Origin: an uncultured Actinomycetota bacterium
Lineage (GTDB): Bacteria; Actinomycetota; Actinomycetes; Mycobacteriales; Jatrophihabitantaceae
DNA length: 64,000 nt
Direction: 5' to 3'
Assembly (NCBI GenBank): GCA_963718805.1
Contig: CAVQZY010000001.1
Span: 379,672 to 443,671 of the forward strand
The position numbers and the translations under genes were made by a program. Positions 27,599-37,399 of this stretch are shown one piece after another (positions within the stretch are counted from its first letter, which is position 1; each line of letters begins with the position of its first letter). Below the pieces are notes generated by a model. It did no database searches, was not told the DNA's origin, and was given only the letters and a program-made list of their open reading frames with translations.

Positions 27599-28372
27599 TC
27601 AGTCATATGCCCCGACCACCTGTTGATCCCAGTCGATCACCGATCCGGTCACCACACCGCTGCGGTCGGACAGCAGCAGCACGGCCAGCTCGGCCACGTC
27701 CTCGGGCCGCGCGAGGCGGCCCATCGGCAGCGCCTTCCCGGCCTGCTCGGCCCAGTCCTCATCGGCGTCGTGCGCGGTGCGCTGGATCACATGCTCGCCC
27801 GGTGTCTCGGTCCAGCCGATGTTGATGCCGTTGATCCGGATCCGGTCGAAGCGGTGCGCGTGCGCGGCGTTGCGGATCAGACCCATCAGGCCGGCCTTGG
27901 CCGACACGTACGGCGCGAGGTACGGCTGGCCGCCGTGCGCGGACATCGTCACGATGTTGACGATCGTGCCGGGCGCCCCGCGCGCGACCATGTCGCGCAC
28001 CGCTGCCTGCATGAGGAAGAACGGCGCGCGCAGATTGATCGCGATGTGCTCGTCGAACAACTCCGGTGTGGTGTCGGTGAGTCTGCCCCGACTCGTGAGC
28101 CCGGCGCAGTTGACCAGGCCGTCGATACGGCCGAACCGCTCGATCGTGCGCTGCACCGTGTCCTGCGCCTGCGCGACGTCGGCAAGATCGGCGGCCCAGA
28201 ACTCGGCCTGCGCACCGCAGCGGCGCAACTGCTCGACGAAGCCGCTGCCGGCGTCGGCCCGGCGGCCACTGACCGCGACCGCGGCGCCGTCGCGGGCGGC
28301 GGCGCGGGCGATCGCGGCGCCCACGCCCTGCGTGCCGCCGCTGACCAGCACGATTTTGTCCGCGAGCTGCAT
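27599..28372 (-). CDS. SDR family oxidoreductase
   Basis: SGGTQGVG, VNCAG and YVSAK. Confidence 0.9.
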   Translation of the reverse strand: MQLADKIVLVSGGTQGVGAAIARAAARDGAAVAVSGRRADAGSGFVEQLRRCGAQAEFWAADLADVAQAQDTVQRTIERFGRIDGLVNCAGLTSRGRLTDTTPELFDEHIAINLRAPFFLMQAAVRDMVARGAPGTIVNIVTMSAHGGQPYLAPYVSAKAGLMGLIRNAAHAHRFDRIRINGINIGWTETPGEHVIQRTAHDADEDWAEQAGKALPMGRLARPEDVAELAVLLLSDRSGVVTGSVIDWDQQVVGAYD

Positions 28373-28377
28373 CGCGT

Positions 28378-29562
28378 TCAGCCCGCGCTGCGATGGCGTG
28401 CGGCGTAGGCGTCCAACTCGGCTGCTGCGCGCGCGTCGTCCCACCCCTCGTCGAGGGCACGGTGCACCAGGTCGAGCTGCGAGCGCGGGGTCAACCCGTC
28501 GACGTTGGGGTCCAGGTCGAGGTTGGTGGGGAACGGGTAGCCGTCGGCGGCACAGGTCAACGCATTGACCAGCGCGGCGCGGTCGGCGCCGGCCGCGGCC
28601 CGGGCGCGCAGCGCGGGATAGATCGCCTTCGCGGTGCGGATGCGGTCGACGGTCTCCATCGCGCGCCCGAAGGCCGAGGAGACTTGCAGGAGGTTCGCCA
28701 TGCGCTGTACGTCGGCCGACACGTTCGAACCCGCGCCGTGGAACAGCGCCGGGTTGAAGAACGCGGCGTCGCCCTTGGCCAGCGGCAGTTGCACGTAGCG
28801 CTGCAGGAAGAACTCGCGGAAGTCCGGGCGGCGCCACGCGAGGTAGCCCGGCGCGTACTGGTGCGAGTAGGGCAGGTACATCGTCGGGCCGCTGGCCAAC
28901 GGCATGTCCGTGTGCGCCACCGCGCCCTGCAGGGTGAGCACCGGCGAGAGCAGGTGCACGTGCGCGGGGTAGCGCGCGGCGACCTCGTCGGACAGGAAGC
29001 CGAGGTGGTAGTCGCGGTGCGGGTCCTGCGCGATGCCGCCCGGCCGCACGACGTTCACCTGCGAGGTCATCTGGTAGCCGGGGCCGAGCCACGCGGTCGA
29101 GACCAGGGCGATGATGTCGTTGGCGTAGTAGTCGACGAACGCCTCCGGGTCGCGCCCGGCGAGCTTCTCCAGCGCGTTCCACACCCGGTCGTTGGCGCCG
29201 GCGCTCGCGAAGTGGTCGCTCGCCGGGCCGCCGGCCGCGCGCTCGTCGGCGATGATCGCTTCGAAGGCCGCGCTGACCCGGTCGACCACCGACGGGTCGG
29301 GGTAGGCGCCGCGGAACACGACTACGCCGGGACCGTCGGTCAACGCGCGGACCAACTCCGCTTCGACGGCTTCGCGCCCGGCCGGGGTGGTGATTGCGGT
29401 GCGCAGTGCCGATGCGTCGTAGGCGAGCACCCGCTCGATCACCGCGGCGGCGTGCGGGTAGTCGGCGGGGTCGGTGCGTTGCTCGACGAGAGCGGCGAAG
29501 TCGCCCACGCGGCAGTCGGCCGGGCCGAACCGTCCAGGGGCGGTCGGGGCAAGTGCGGTCAT
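28378..29562 (-). CDS. Phytanoyl-CoA dioxygenase (PhyH) family Fe(II)/2OG enzyme
   Basis: HxD motif QDPHRDYH, distal LFHGAG and RMANLLQVSS. Confidence 0.88.
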   Translation of the reverse strand: MTALAPTAPGRFGPADCRVGDFAALVEQRTDPADYPHAAAVIERVLAYDASALRTAITTPAGREAVEAELVRALTDGPGVVVFRGAYPDPSVVDRVSAAFEAIIADERAAGGPASDHFASAGANDRVWNALEKLAGRDPEAFVDYYANDIIALVSTAWLGPGYQMTSQVNVVRPGGIAQDPHRDYHLGFLSDEVAARYPAHVHLLSPVLTLQGAVAHTDMPLASGPTMYLPYSHQYAPGYLAWRRPDFREFFLQRYVQLPLAKGDAAFFNPALFHGAGSNVSADVQRMANLLQVSSAFGRAMETVDRIRTAKAIYPALRARAAAGADRAALVNALTCAADGYPFPTNLDLDPNVDGLTPRSQLDLVHRALDEGWDDARAAAELDAYAARHRSAG

Positions 29563-29612
29563 GGCGATCTCCTCGGTCGCTATGGCTGCGACACTAACCG
29601 GGTGATGAGGCG

Positions 29613-30689
29613 ATGAGTACCTCTCGAACACCTCAAAAAGACCTCAAAAAACGGCCGCCGTTCCGGATCCGCGAGATCGCTCAGCAGGCCGGGCTGAGCC
29701 CTGCGACCGTCGACCGGGCGCTGCACGATCGTCCCGGAGTGCGGGCCAGCACCGTGTCCGAGGTGCATCGGGCCATCGCCGATCTCGCCCGGCAGCGAAC
29801 GCAGCTGCGACTGGGCGGGCGCACCTTCCTGTTCGATCTCGTCATGCAGGCGCCGGCGCGGTTCACTGCCGCGGTGCGGCAGGCGCTCGAGGCCGAGTTG
29901 CCTACGCTGCGCCCGGCGGCGATCCGGTCGCGGTTCCACCTGCGTGAGGAGGGGGCGCCCGCCGAGGTGGTTTCGGTGCTCGACGATCTGGCGCGCCGGG
30001 GCAGCGCCGGCGTGATTCTCAAGGCACCCGACGACCCGGCGGTCACCGACGCCATCACCCGCCTCGCGGACCGAGGCATCCCGACCGTCACGCTCGTCAC
30101 CGACCTGCCGGCCAGCCGCCGGGTGGCCTACGTGGGGATGGACAACCGCGCTGCCGGGGCCACGGCGGCGTACCTACTCACCGCGGTGACTGCACACGCG
30201 ACCGGGACCGTGCTCGTCACCATCAGCCGGACGATGTTCCGCGGCGAGGAGGAGCGCGAGATGGGCTTTCGCGCGGCGCTGCGCAATCTCGCGCCGCAGC
30301 GGCTGATCCACGAGATCACCGACACCGACGGGCTCGACGCGTCGTTGCGCGCGGCCGTCGCCGATGCGCTAGCCGATGATCCGCAGATCGACGCGGTGTA
30401 CTCGATCGGTGGCGGGAACATCGCCACGTTGGACGCGTTCGCGCGCGCGGGCCGGGTGCCGCGCGCCTACCTCGCCCACGATCTGGACACGGACAATGTC
30501 GGGCTCCTGCGGCATAGACGGCTCACCGCGGTGCTGCACCACGATCTGCGCTTCGACATGCGGCAGGCCTGCCGGCTGCTCTTGCAGGCGTGCGCTGCGT
30601 TGCCCGGCCGGCCCGTCTCGCGGCCCTCGCAGATCCAGGTGATCACGCCCTACAACGAGCCCGGCGGCTTCGACGCCGCCGGTCAGTAG
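29613..30689 (+). CDS. LacI-family regulator
   Basis: IREIAQQAGLSPATVDRALH HTH followed by a periplasmic-binding-like domain. Confidence 0.9.
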   Translation: MSTSRTPQKDLKKRPPFRIREIAQQAGLSPATVDRALHDRPGVRASTVSEVHRAIADLARQRTQLRLGGRTFLFDLVMQAPARFTAAVRQALEAELPTLRPAAIRSRFHLREEGAPAEVVSVLDDLARRGSAGVILKAPDDPAVTDAITRLADRGIPTVTLVTDLPASRRVAYVGMDNRAAGATAAYLLTAVTAHATGTVLVTISRTMFRGEEEREMGFRAALRNLAPQRLIHEITDTDGLDASLRAAVADALADDPQIDAVYSIGGGNIATLDAFARAGRVPRAYLAHDLDTDNVGLLRHRRLTAVLHHDLRFDMRQACRLLLQACAALPGRPVSRPSQIQVITPYNEPGGFDAAGQ

Positions 30690-31471
30690 CCGGGGAACAC
30701 CTGCCGCAGGTCGCCGAGGCTCACGTTGCCGCTGACCTGCACGTCGGCGGGGGTGTAATCGGGCTTGAGCCGGCCGGAGAGCAGGCGCAGCGCCGCGCCG
30801 AGCGGGCCGCTGAACGTCGCGGTGGCCTGCGCGGCGTCGGTCGAGACCCGCACGGCGTCGTCGATCACGAGTGCGTAGGGCGAACCGGCGAGGTCGACCA
30901 CTGCGCGCTCGGCCATGCTCGCGGGCTTGGTGGTGAAGGCCAGCAGGAAGCCGAGTCCCTCGGCGAAGTGCTGGGCGAGCGCCGCGGCGGCTTCGTCGCT
31001 CACCTCGGCGGCCGGGTCGACGGCGACGTCGACATCCCACCCGTGCATGCTCGCCTCGTTGAGCCGCATGCCGAGGTAGCTCGCCAACGGCAGCGGCTGC
31101 GGCGTGAAGCCGAGGTCGATCGTCATGCCCTCGCGTTCCTGCCCGGACAACGACTCGAGGATCGCCACGAGCGCGGTGTTGCGCTCGATGAACCCGCTCG
31201 CCTGCTCCTCCGGGCCGAGCGCGTTCCAGCGGTCCCAGACGCTCTGGTTGAACTCCGATCCGGGCGCCGGCTCTTCGGCCCGGGTCGCGGTGACCGTGGC
31301 AGTGGCGATCTCTGCGCCGCTGCCCAGATGCGACAACACCTGCGCAACCGGCCAGTCGGCCGCGCCGGACGGGCCGATGAGCACCCCCTCTGACAGGCCG
31401 CTGACGACTCCGACGAGGTGATCGTGGTTGGCGCGCAACGCGGATACTGTCCGATCGGACAATGAGGACAT
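30683..31471 (-). CDS. Mycothiol-dependent maleylpyruvate isomerase (DinB-superfamily) family protein
   Basis: WPVAQVLSHLG and EASMHGWD. Confidence 0.8.
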   Translation of the reverse strand: MSSLSDRTVSALRANHDHLVGVVSGLSEGVLIGPSGAADWPVAQVLSHLGSGAEIATATVTATRAEEPAPGSEFNQSVWDRWNALGPEEQASGFIERNTALVAILESLSGQEREGMTIDLGFTPQPLPLASYLGMRLNEASMHGWDVDVAVDPAAEVSDEAAAALAQHFAEGLGFLLAFTTKPASMAERAVVDLAGSPYALVIDDAVRVSTDAAQATATFSGPLGAALRLLSGRLKPDYTPADVQVSGNVSLGDLRQVFPGY

Positions 31472-31497
31472 GACAACTACCCTACGGTGTTGCCCGA

Positions 31498-32037
31498 TCA
31501 GACGATCAAGTCCCGCCCGCCGTGCCGGTAGACGCGGGCGGCCGCTTCCTGCTGGTCCACCTGGGCCCGCAGCCGGGCCATCTGCCGGTCGCGATCCTCC
31601 GCCGAGGTGCGCAGGATCGTCTGACGCGCCGAGTAGCTGGTCTCGATCAGCTGCCGGGCCTGCGGCGCCACGACGGTCAGCGCGGCGCGCTGCTGCCCGG
31701 CGTCGGCGAAGCGTTCGATCGCCCGCAGGTCGCGCTCGACCGCGGTCGCCATCTCGGTGATCTCTTGCAACACGGCCCGGGCGTCGGCGCGGAAGATCAT
31801 GCCTTCCGGCGCCTCGTTGAGCATCGCGGTGGTGCACGTCAGCTCGTGGCGCAGTCGCTGGCGCAACGTGCCGGCCTCGCGCCGCGGCCCGGGCGGCAGC
31901 CAACGCACCCGGGCATCCAGGTACATGTCGTACCAGGCCAGCACGGCCCGGTGCACGTGGCGGGCGACCCGCCACACGGCAAATCCGATGAGCGCGAGCA
32001 ATATCGCGATCGCACCGAGGATGGCGAGTGTGGTCAC
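31498..32037 (-). CDS. Hypothetical N-terminally anchored helical protein
   Basis: Single TM segment followed by a coiled-coil-like region. Confidence 0.6.
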   Translation of the reverse strand: MTTLAILGAIAILLALIGFAVWRVARHVHRAVLAWYDMYLDARVRWLPPGPRREAGTLRQRLRHELTCTTAMLNEAPEGMIFRADARAVLQEITEMATAVERDLRAIERFADAGQQRAALTVVAPQARQLIETSYSARQTILRTSAEDRDRQMARLRAQVDQQEAAARVYRHGGRDLIV

Positions 32038-32116
32038 CTCGCCATCGTCCCTTGTCGCGGCGCAGCGCGCCACCGCCCGGCACGAATGCCGGGGGCAAGC
32101 TCCGGGGAAACCCTGA

Positions 32117-32842
32117 TCAGAAGTTGATCACCTCGAATGCCACGGCGAAGGTGACGCCGAGCCGGCTACCGGTCTGGCGTGCGAACGCCTCGAGGAACTC
32201 CTCGGGATCGGACATCGGACCCGCGCCGAGGCCGGTCAGGTACTCGGCGTGCGCAGCGAGCGATTCCACACCACGGGCGAAGGCGTCGGTGACGTCGGCG
32301 GCGTGAGCCGCCCGTGTCGAGGCGGCGACCAAGACCGTCGAGACCTTGTGCGGTTCCAAGCCCTCGTCGAGCAGCTCGCGAAACACCCACCGGTTTCCCG
32401 CATCGCGTACACCGTCGACCACCGCGCGGCCGAGCGCGATGTGATCGGCCTGGTTGAGCATGCCGGGACCCCAGCTGTCCTCGTAATTGACGGTGATGAC
32501 GACGTCGGGACGGTGCCGGCGCACGGCGCGGGCGATGTCGCGGCGCAGCGGCAGGCCGTACTCGAGCACGCCGTCGGGATAGCCGAGGAACTCGACGAGG
32601 TCGACGCCGACGATGGCCGCGCCGGCGCGCTCCTCCGCCTCGCGCAACGGACCGCAGCGCTCGGGTTCGATCCCGTCGATGCCCGCCTCGCCACTCGTTG
32701 CCAGGGTGTAGACGACGCGCTTGCCCTGATCGGTCCAGCGCGCCACAGCCGCGGCGGTGCCGTATTCCAGATCGTCGGGGTGGGCCACGACGGCCAGGGC
32801 GCTCGACCAGCTCTCGTCGACTGGCTCCAGAGGTTCGGTCAT
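32117..32842 (-). CDS. PIG-L family deacetylase
   Basis: AHPDD, TSGEAG, REAE and ADH. Confidence 0.9.
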   Translation of the reverse strand: MTEPLEPVDESWSSALAVVAHPDDLEYGTAAAVARWTDQGKRVVYTLATSGEAGIDGIEPERCGPLREAEERAGAAIVGVDLVEFLGYPDGVLEYGLPLRRDIARAVRRHRPDVVITVNYEDSWGPGMLNQADHIALGRAVVDGVRDAGNRWVFRELLDEGLEPHKVSTVLVAASTRAAHAADVTDAFARGVESLAAHAEYLTGLGAGPMSDPEEFLEAFARQTGSRLGVTFAVAFEVINF

Positions 32843-32877
32843 GGTGGCGAACCTACGCCCGCCCTTACGGTGTGTTC

Positions 32878-33327
32878 ATGCCGGTTTTGCTCGTCGTGCA
32901 CCACACCACCTCGCCGGCGTTGCAGGAGTTGCTGGACGCAGTGCTCGACGGCACTCGCGCCGAGGGCATCGAGGGCGTCGAGGTCCGGGTGCGCGCGGCC
33001 CTCGCCGCGACCGCGGTCGACGCGGTGGGGGCCGACGGGTTCGTGCTCGGCACGCCGGTGAACATCGGCTATCTGTCCGGTGCGATGAAGCACTTCTTCG
33101 ACGGGATCTACTACCCGACGATGACCGAGAACCAGGGCGCGCCGTACGGGCTCTACGTCCACGGCAACAACGACGCGACAGGTGCGATCCGGGCCGCGGA
33201 GTCGATCACCAAGGGGTTGGGGTGGGAACAGGTGCACGCTGCTGTTTCGGTGGTCGGGGCGCCGACGAAAGCGGACAAGGAGGCTTGTTGGGATCTCGGG
33301 GCCACGGTTGCGGCCTCGTTGACGTAG
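32878..33327 (+). CDS. Flavodoxin-family protein
   Basis: LLVVHHTTSP and GTPVNIGYLSGAMKHFFD. Confidence 0.8.
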   Translation: MPVLLVVHHTTSPALQELLDAVLDGTRAEGIEGVEVRVRAALAATAVDAVGADGFVLGTPVNIGYLSGAMKHFFDGIYYPTMTENQGAPYGLYVHGNNDATGAIRAAESITKGLGWEQVHAAVSVVGAPTKADKEACWDLGATVAASLT

Positions 33328-33518
33328 GTGATGATCCCCAACGCGAAAGGTGGCTGCTGACACGAAACCACCCCGGCGCGTCCACCTCGACCTGCACGGA
33401 GCAACACACCGGACCGCACCCGTCGGACACCACTACCGACAACCGCCACCCCTCGACACCACCGTGAACCCAACGATCGCGGTGGCTGCGGTCGACGCCG
33501 ACCCACCGCCCTACTGAT

Positions 33519-34937
33519 TCAATGCGCTTCCGTGCGCCTGCCCGCCGGGAGCGCGAATGCCGGGACGAGCGCGAGGGCCGTGATGCCGATTGCGCACCAG
33601 AATGCGCCCTGGAAAGCCGTGTCGGCGCCGTCGGTGAGCAGCGACTGCAGGACCACGGCGACGATCGCGGTGCCGAACGAGGCACCGACCTGCTGGGCGA
33701 TGCGGGTGTTCATGGTGGCATCGGGAATGTTGCGCGACGGAATGTCGGCGTAGGCGACCGACATCGGCGGGATCAGGACCGCGCCGAGACCTAGACCGCG
33801 AACCAGCAGCGCGGCGCCGAGCCACCACAGGCTCGTGTCCGGCCCGGCAAGTGCGAAGGGGACGGTCGCGACGGCGGCGAGCAGGAAGCTCGTGATCGTC
33901 ACCGCGCGAGCGCCGAACCACGCGACCAGCTTGCCGACGACGAAGCGGGCGGCGAGCGCGCCGACCCCTTGCGGGATCATCAGCAGCCCCGCGACGAGCA
34001 CGCTCTGACCGTGCAACTGCTGGTAGTAGAGCGGCAGCAGGAACATGCCGGCATACATCACCGCACCGGCGGCGAACAGCGCCGCGGACGCGCTGCCGAG
34101 CGACCGCAGCCGCAGCAGCCGGATGTCGAGGATCGGCCGACGGACAGCCGGCCGCGACGCCCGCACGACAAAGGTGACCAGCAACGCGATCCCGACCAGC
34201 AGTGGCATCACCACGCCGGCGTGGGCGACCCCACCGTCGCGCGACAGTTGCGAGAGGCCGAGCAGGATCCCGACCAGTGCCGGGGCCAGCAACAGGAGCC
34301 CGACGACGTCCAGGCGCGTCGGGGCAACCGTGCGATCGCGTCGGTCAGCCGGCAGCATCCGCCACGCAAGCACCAGCCCGAGCGCGATCACCGGCACGTT
34401 GACCAGGAACAGCCAACGCCAGCTCAACCAGTTGAGGATCAGACCGCCGATCACCGGACCGAGGATCGGACCGAGCGCGATCGGCAGACTGACGGCGGCC
34501 ATCAGGCTGCTGCTGACGCGTCCGCCCGCAGCCCGCACCGCCAGGGTCTGCATCAAGGGAAAGATCAAACCGGCACCAAAGCCCTGCAGCACCCGGAAGC
34601 AGATCAAGCTCCCGTCGTTCCACGACACCGCGCACAGCGCCGACCCGGCCACGAACACGAGCAGCGCCGACATCCACACCCGCTTACCGCCCCAGCGCCC
34701 CTCGGCCCAGCCGGTGATGGGGATTGCCACCGCAAGCGCCAGCAGATAGCCGGTGGTGACCCACTGGATCGTGCCCGCGGTCGAATCCAGGTCGACGGTC
34801 AGAGTGTGGATCGCGAGGGTCACCATCGTCGAGTCGAGGATCGCCGCGATCCCGCCGACGATCAGCGCCAGCAACGCATTGCGTACCTGCGGCGTCAGCC
34901 TGGTCTGGGTGTCTGCGCGCTCGACGGTGTCGGTCAC
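33519..34937 (-). CDS. DHA2-family MFS efflux transporter
   Basis: LDSTMV, WVTTGYLL and GPILGPVIGG; about 14 TM segments. Confidence 0.9.
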   Translation of the reverse strand: MTDTVERADTQTRLTPQVRNALLALIVGGIAAILDSTMVTLAIHTLTVDLDSTAGTIQWVTTGYLLALAVAIPITGWAEGRWGGKRVWMSALLVFVAGSALCAVSWNDGSLICFRVLQGFGAGLIFPLMQTLAVRAAGGRVSSSLMAAVSLPIALGPILGPVIGGLILNWLSWRWLFLVNVPVIALGLVLAWRMLPADRRDRTVAPTRLDVVGLLLLAPALVGILLGLSQLSRDGGVAHAGVVMPLLVGIALLVTFVVRASRPAVRRPILDIRLLRLRSLGSASAALFAAGAVMYAGMFLLPLYYQQLHGQSVLVAGLLMIPQGVGALAARFVVGKLVAWFGARAVTITSFLLAAVATVPFALAGPDTSLWWLGAALLVRGLGLGAVLIPPMSVAYADIPSRNIPDATMNTRIAQQVGASFGTAIVAVVLQSLLTDGADTAFQGAFWCAIGITALALVPAFALPAGRRTEAH

Positions 34938-34954
34938 CGGTTCTCGCCCCTCGA

Positions 34955-34980
34955 CGTAAGAGTTGAATTCCTCTCTTACG
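34955..34980. promoter_or_regulatory. Putative TetR operator CGTAAGAG-N10-CTCTTACG
   Basis: Perfect 8-bp inverted repeat between the divergent MFS and TetR genes. Confidence 0.7.
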
Positions 34981-35029
34981 AACGTTAGGTGAGCTTGCTA
35001 AGGAATGCAACCCTCTCTACCGTGGTGGC

Positions 35030-35656
35030 GTGCCACGAGCGTCAGAACACGTCCGCCGCCGTCGACACGGCGAACAACTCGAGGCTGAACTGCTCGACGC
35101 GGCGTGGGACGAGCTCGTCGCTGTCGGCTACGCCGGACTGACGATGGAGTCCGTCGCCGTCCGGGCGCGCACTGGGATCGCCGTGCTCTATCGGCGCTGG
35201 CCCAACAAGGATCAGCTCGTGCTCGCCGCGATCGAGCGCTATCGGCGGCTGCGCCCGGTCGATCTCCCGGACACCGGCTCGTTGGGCGGCGACATGTTGG
35301 GCCTGCTGACCGGCATGAGCAGAGCCCGAGCCACCTTCACCGCCGTCGCGGCGGCCGCTGCCTTCTCGGGGCTGCTGACCGACACCGGCCTGACACCCGG
35401 GCAGGCGCGGGACAAGTTGTTGGGCCCGCAGCGACTTCCGCTGGCCATGATCATGTACCGGCGCGCTCACGACCGAGGCGAGGTCGATCTCGGGCGTATC
35501 CCGCGCGCGGTGCTCGAGCTGCCCTTCGACCTGGTGCGTCACGACCTGCTCATGGACCTCAAACCGCTCAAGCCCGCACGCATCCGGGCGATCGTGAACG
35601 ACCTCTTCCTGCCTCTTGTCCACAGCTATCAGGCGGATCCGAAGTCGGCGAGCTGA
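35030..35656 (+). CDS. TetR/AcrR-family regulator
   Basis: GYAGLTMESVAVRARTGIAVLYRRWPNK. Confidence 0.92.
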   Translation: MPRASEHVRRRRHGEQLEAELLDAAWDELVAVGYAGLTMESVAVRARTGIAVLYRRWPNKDQLVLAAIERYRRLRPVDLPDTGSLGGDMLGLLTGMSRARATFTAVAAAAAFSGLLTDTGLTPGQARDKLLGPQRLPLAMIMYRRAHDRGEVDLGRIPRAVLELPFDLVRHDLLMDLKPLKPARIRAIVNDLFLPLVHSYQADPKSAS

Positions 35657-35886
35657 TCGAGTTGCCGGTTCCGGGCGTGGCCGTCGCATCGCTGCCGGCG
35701 AACCGGCTCGTCAAGGCGACCTGGATCCTCCGTAAGCGCGACTCGCGGCGGCTGGCGGGTAGGACGCGGTGCCGGTGACCGCGTCGCGACCGTCGAACCA
35801 GGTGGGGATCGGCGGCATCTCCAGCGGTACAACAGGTACGCACCGTCGACCGCTCGCGACGGGGCGGGTCGGTCAGACGCGCGAAG

Positions 35887-37305
35887 TCAGCCGACGGAGG
35901 CGTCTACGCCTACCGGGGTGAGTCTGCGTGGCGCCGGGCGGGTCCGCCGCACGCGTGTGACGAGCAGTGCGACCAGGGCACCGAGCACCGCGGTCGCGGC
36001 CGCGACGGCCTGGGCCGGGCCCACCCCGTCGCGGAACGCCTGCGGCGAGGCGTAGCTGCCACGGGCGGAGAACACGGCCGAGGCAATCGCGATGCCGAGC
36101 ACGCCGCCGAGCTGGCGCACGGCATTGAAGGTGCCGGAGGCCTTTCCGACGAAGGCCGCCGGCACCGCGTTCATGACCGTATTCTGCCCGGCCGGCAACG
36201 CCATCGATGTGCCACAGCCGGCGACGATCAATGCCGGCACCAGCGCGAGGTAGGACGATGCGTGGTCCACCTCGTAGGCGACCCAACCCAGCCCGACGCC
36301 TTGCAGCAGGAGCCCCCCGGCCAACAGCACGCGTCCACCGACCCGCTCGAGGAGCGCACCGGACAGTGGCGCGACGAAGAACAGCGCTCCGGTCCAGGGT
36401 AGGAAACGCAGCCCGGCGGCGAGCGGGTCGTAGCCGAGCGAGACCTGCAGGTACTGCGCCGTCAGGAACACCGCGCCGAGCAGCGAGGTGGTCAGCAGCA
36501 GCATCGCCGCATTGGCGGCGGAGTAGCTTCGGATTCCGAACAGATGCATCGGCAGCATCGGCTCGACCACCCGGTTCTCCCACATCACGAACACGACGCA
36601 CAGGAGCACTCCGCCCAGGAGCGTGCCTACGACCTCCGCGCTGGCCCAACCCGCGGCGTCGGCCCGCACCAGGCCCCAGACCACCCCGAGCAGACCGAGG
36701 CAGAGGAGCGCGAGTCCGACGAGGTCGAAGCGCCCGCGCGGACCCCGGCTCTCGGTCAGTTTCGCGAGCGCGAGTGGGAGCAGCGCGGCGCCGACCGGCA
36801 CGTTGAGCCAGAAGATCCATTGCCAGGCGAGGCCCTGCGCCACCGCGCCCCCGACCACCGGGCCGCCGGCCACGGCCAGACCGGTGAACGCGGTGAAGAT
36901 GCCGACGATTGGACCGCGCCGTTGTGCCGGGAACGCGGCGGTGAGCAGCGCGACGGCCAGCGGGGTCACCAGTGCCGCGCCGGCGCCCTGGACCGCACGG
37001 GCCGCGATGAGTGTCGACGCGTTCGGCGCGAGCGCGCACGCGGCCGACGCCGACGTGAAGATCGCGGTACCGACCGCGAACAGTCGTCGTCGGCCGTAGC
37101 GGTCACCGAGTGCGGCGCCGGTGATCAGCAGTACGGCGAAGCTCAGGCTGAAGGCGTTGATCGTCCAGTCGAGCGTGCCGATCGATGCATGGAGATCGAC
37201 ACGGATCCGGTCGAGCGCGGTCGCGACGACCAGCTGGTCGAGCGCGACCATGAAGGCTGCCGTCGCCGTGAGTGCGAGCGTCCAGCGTTGGGTCGAGGTG
37301 TTCAC
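35887..37305 (-). CDS. DHA2-family MFS efflux transporter
   Basis: FMVALDQLVV, GDRYGRRR and WQWIFWLNVP. Confidence 0.9.
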   Translation of the reverse strand: MNTSTQRWTLALTATAAFMVALDQLVVATALDRIRVDLHASIGTLDWTINAFSLSFAVLLITGAALGDRYGRRRLFAVGTAIFTSASAACALAPNASTLIAARAVQGAGAALVTPLAVALLTAAFPAQRRGPIVGIFTAFTGLAVAGGPVVGGAVAQGLAWQWIFWLNVPVGAALLPLALAKLTESRGPRGRFDLVGLALLCLGLLGVVWGLVRADAAGWASAEVVGTLLGGVLLCVVFVMWENRVVEPMLPMHLFGIRSYSAANAAMLLLTTSLLGAVFLTAQYLQVSLGYDPLAAGLRFLPWTGALFFVAPLSGALLERVGGRVLLAGGLLLQGVGLGWVAYEVDHASSYLALVPALIVAGCGTSMALPAGQNTVMNAVPAAFVGKASGTFNAVRQLGGVLGIAIASAVFSARGSYASPQAFRDGVGPAQAVAAATAVLGALVALLVTRVRRTRPAPRRLTPVGVDASVG

Positions 37306-37337
37306 GAGTCCTCCGAGTGCGAAAGTGCTGCCACCGG

Positions 37338-37368
37338 TACTGACCCGGCCGCGCGCCGAAACTCATCG
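37338..37368 (-). promoter_or_regulatory. SigG/ECF56-like promoter CGATGA-N18-GTCAGTA
   Basis: Fits my recollection of the mycobacterial SigG consensus CGATGA-N18-GTCNNTA and lies about 30 nt before the MFS start. Confidence 0.55.
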
Positions 37369-37399
37369 CGGTCCGCGAAAGTCGATGTCCGTGTCGGTG

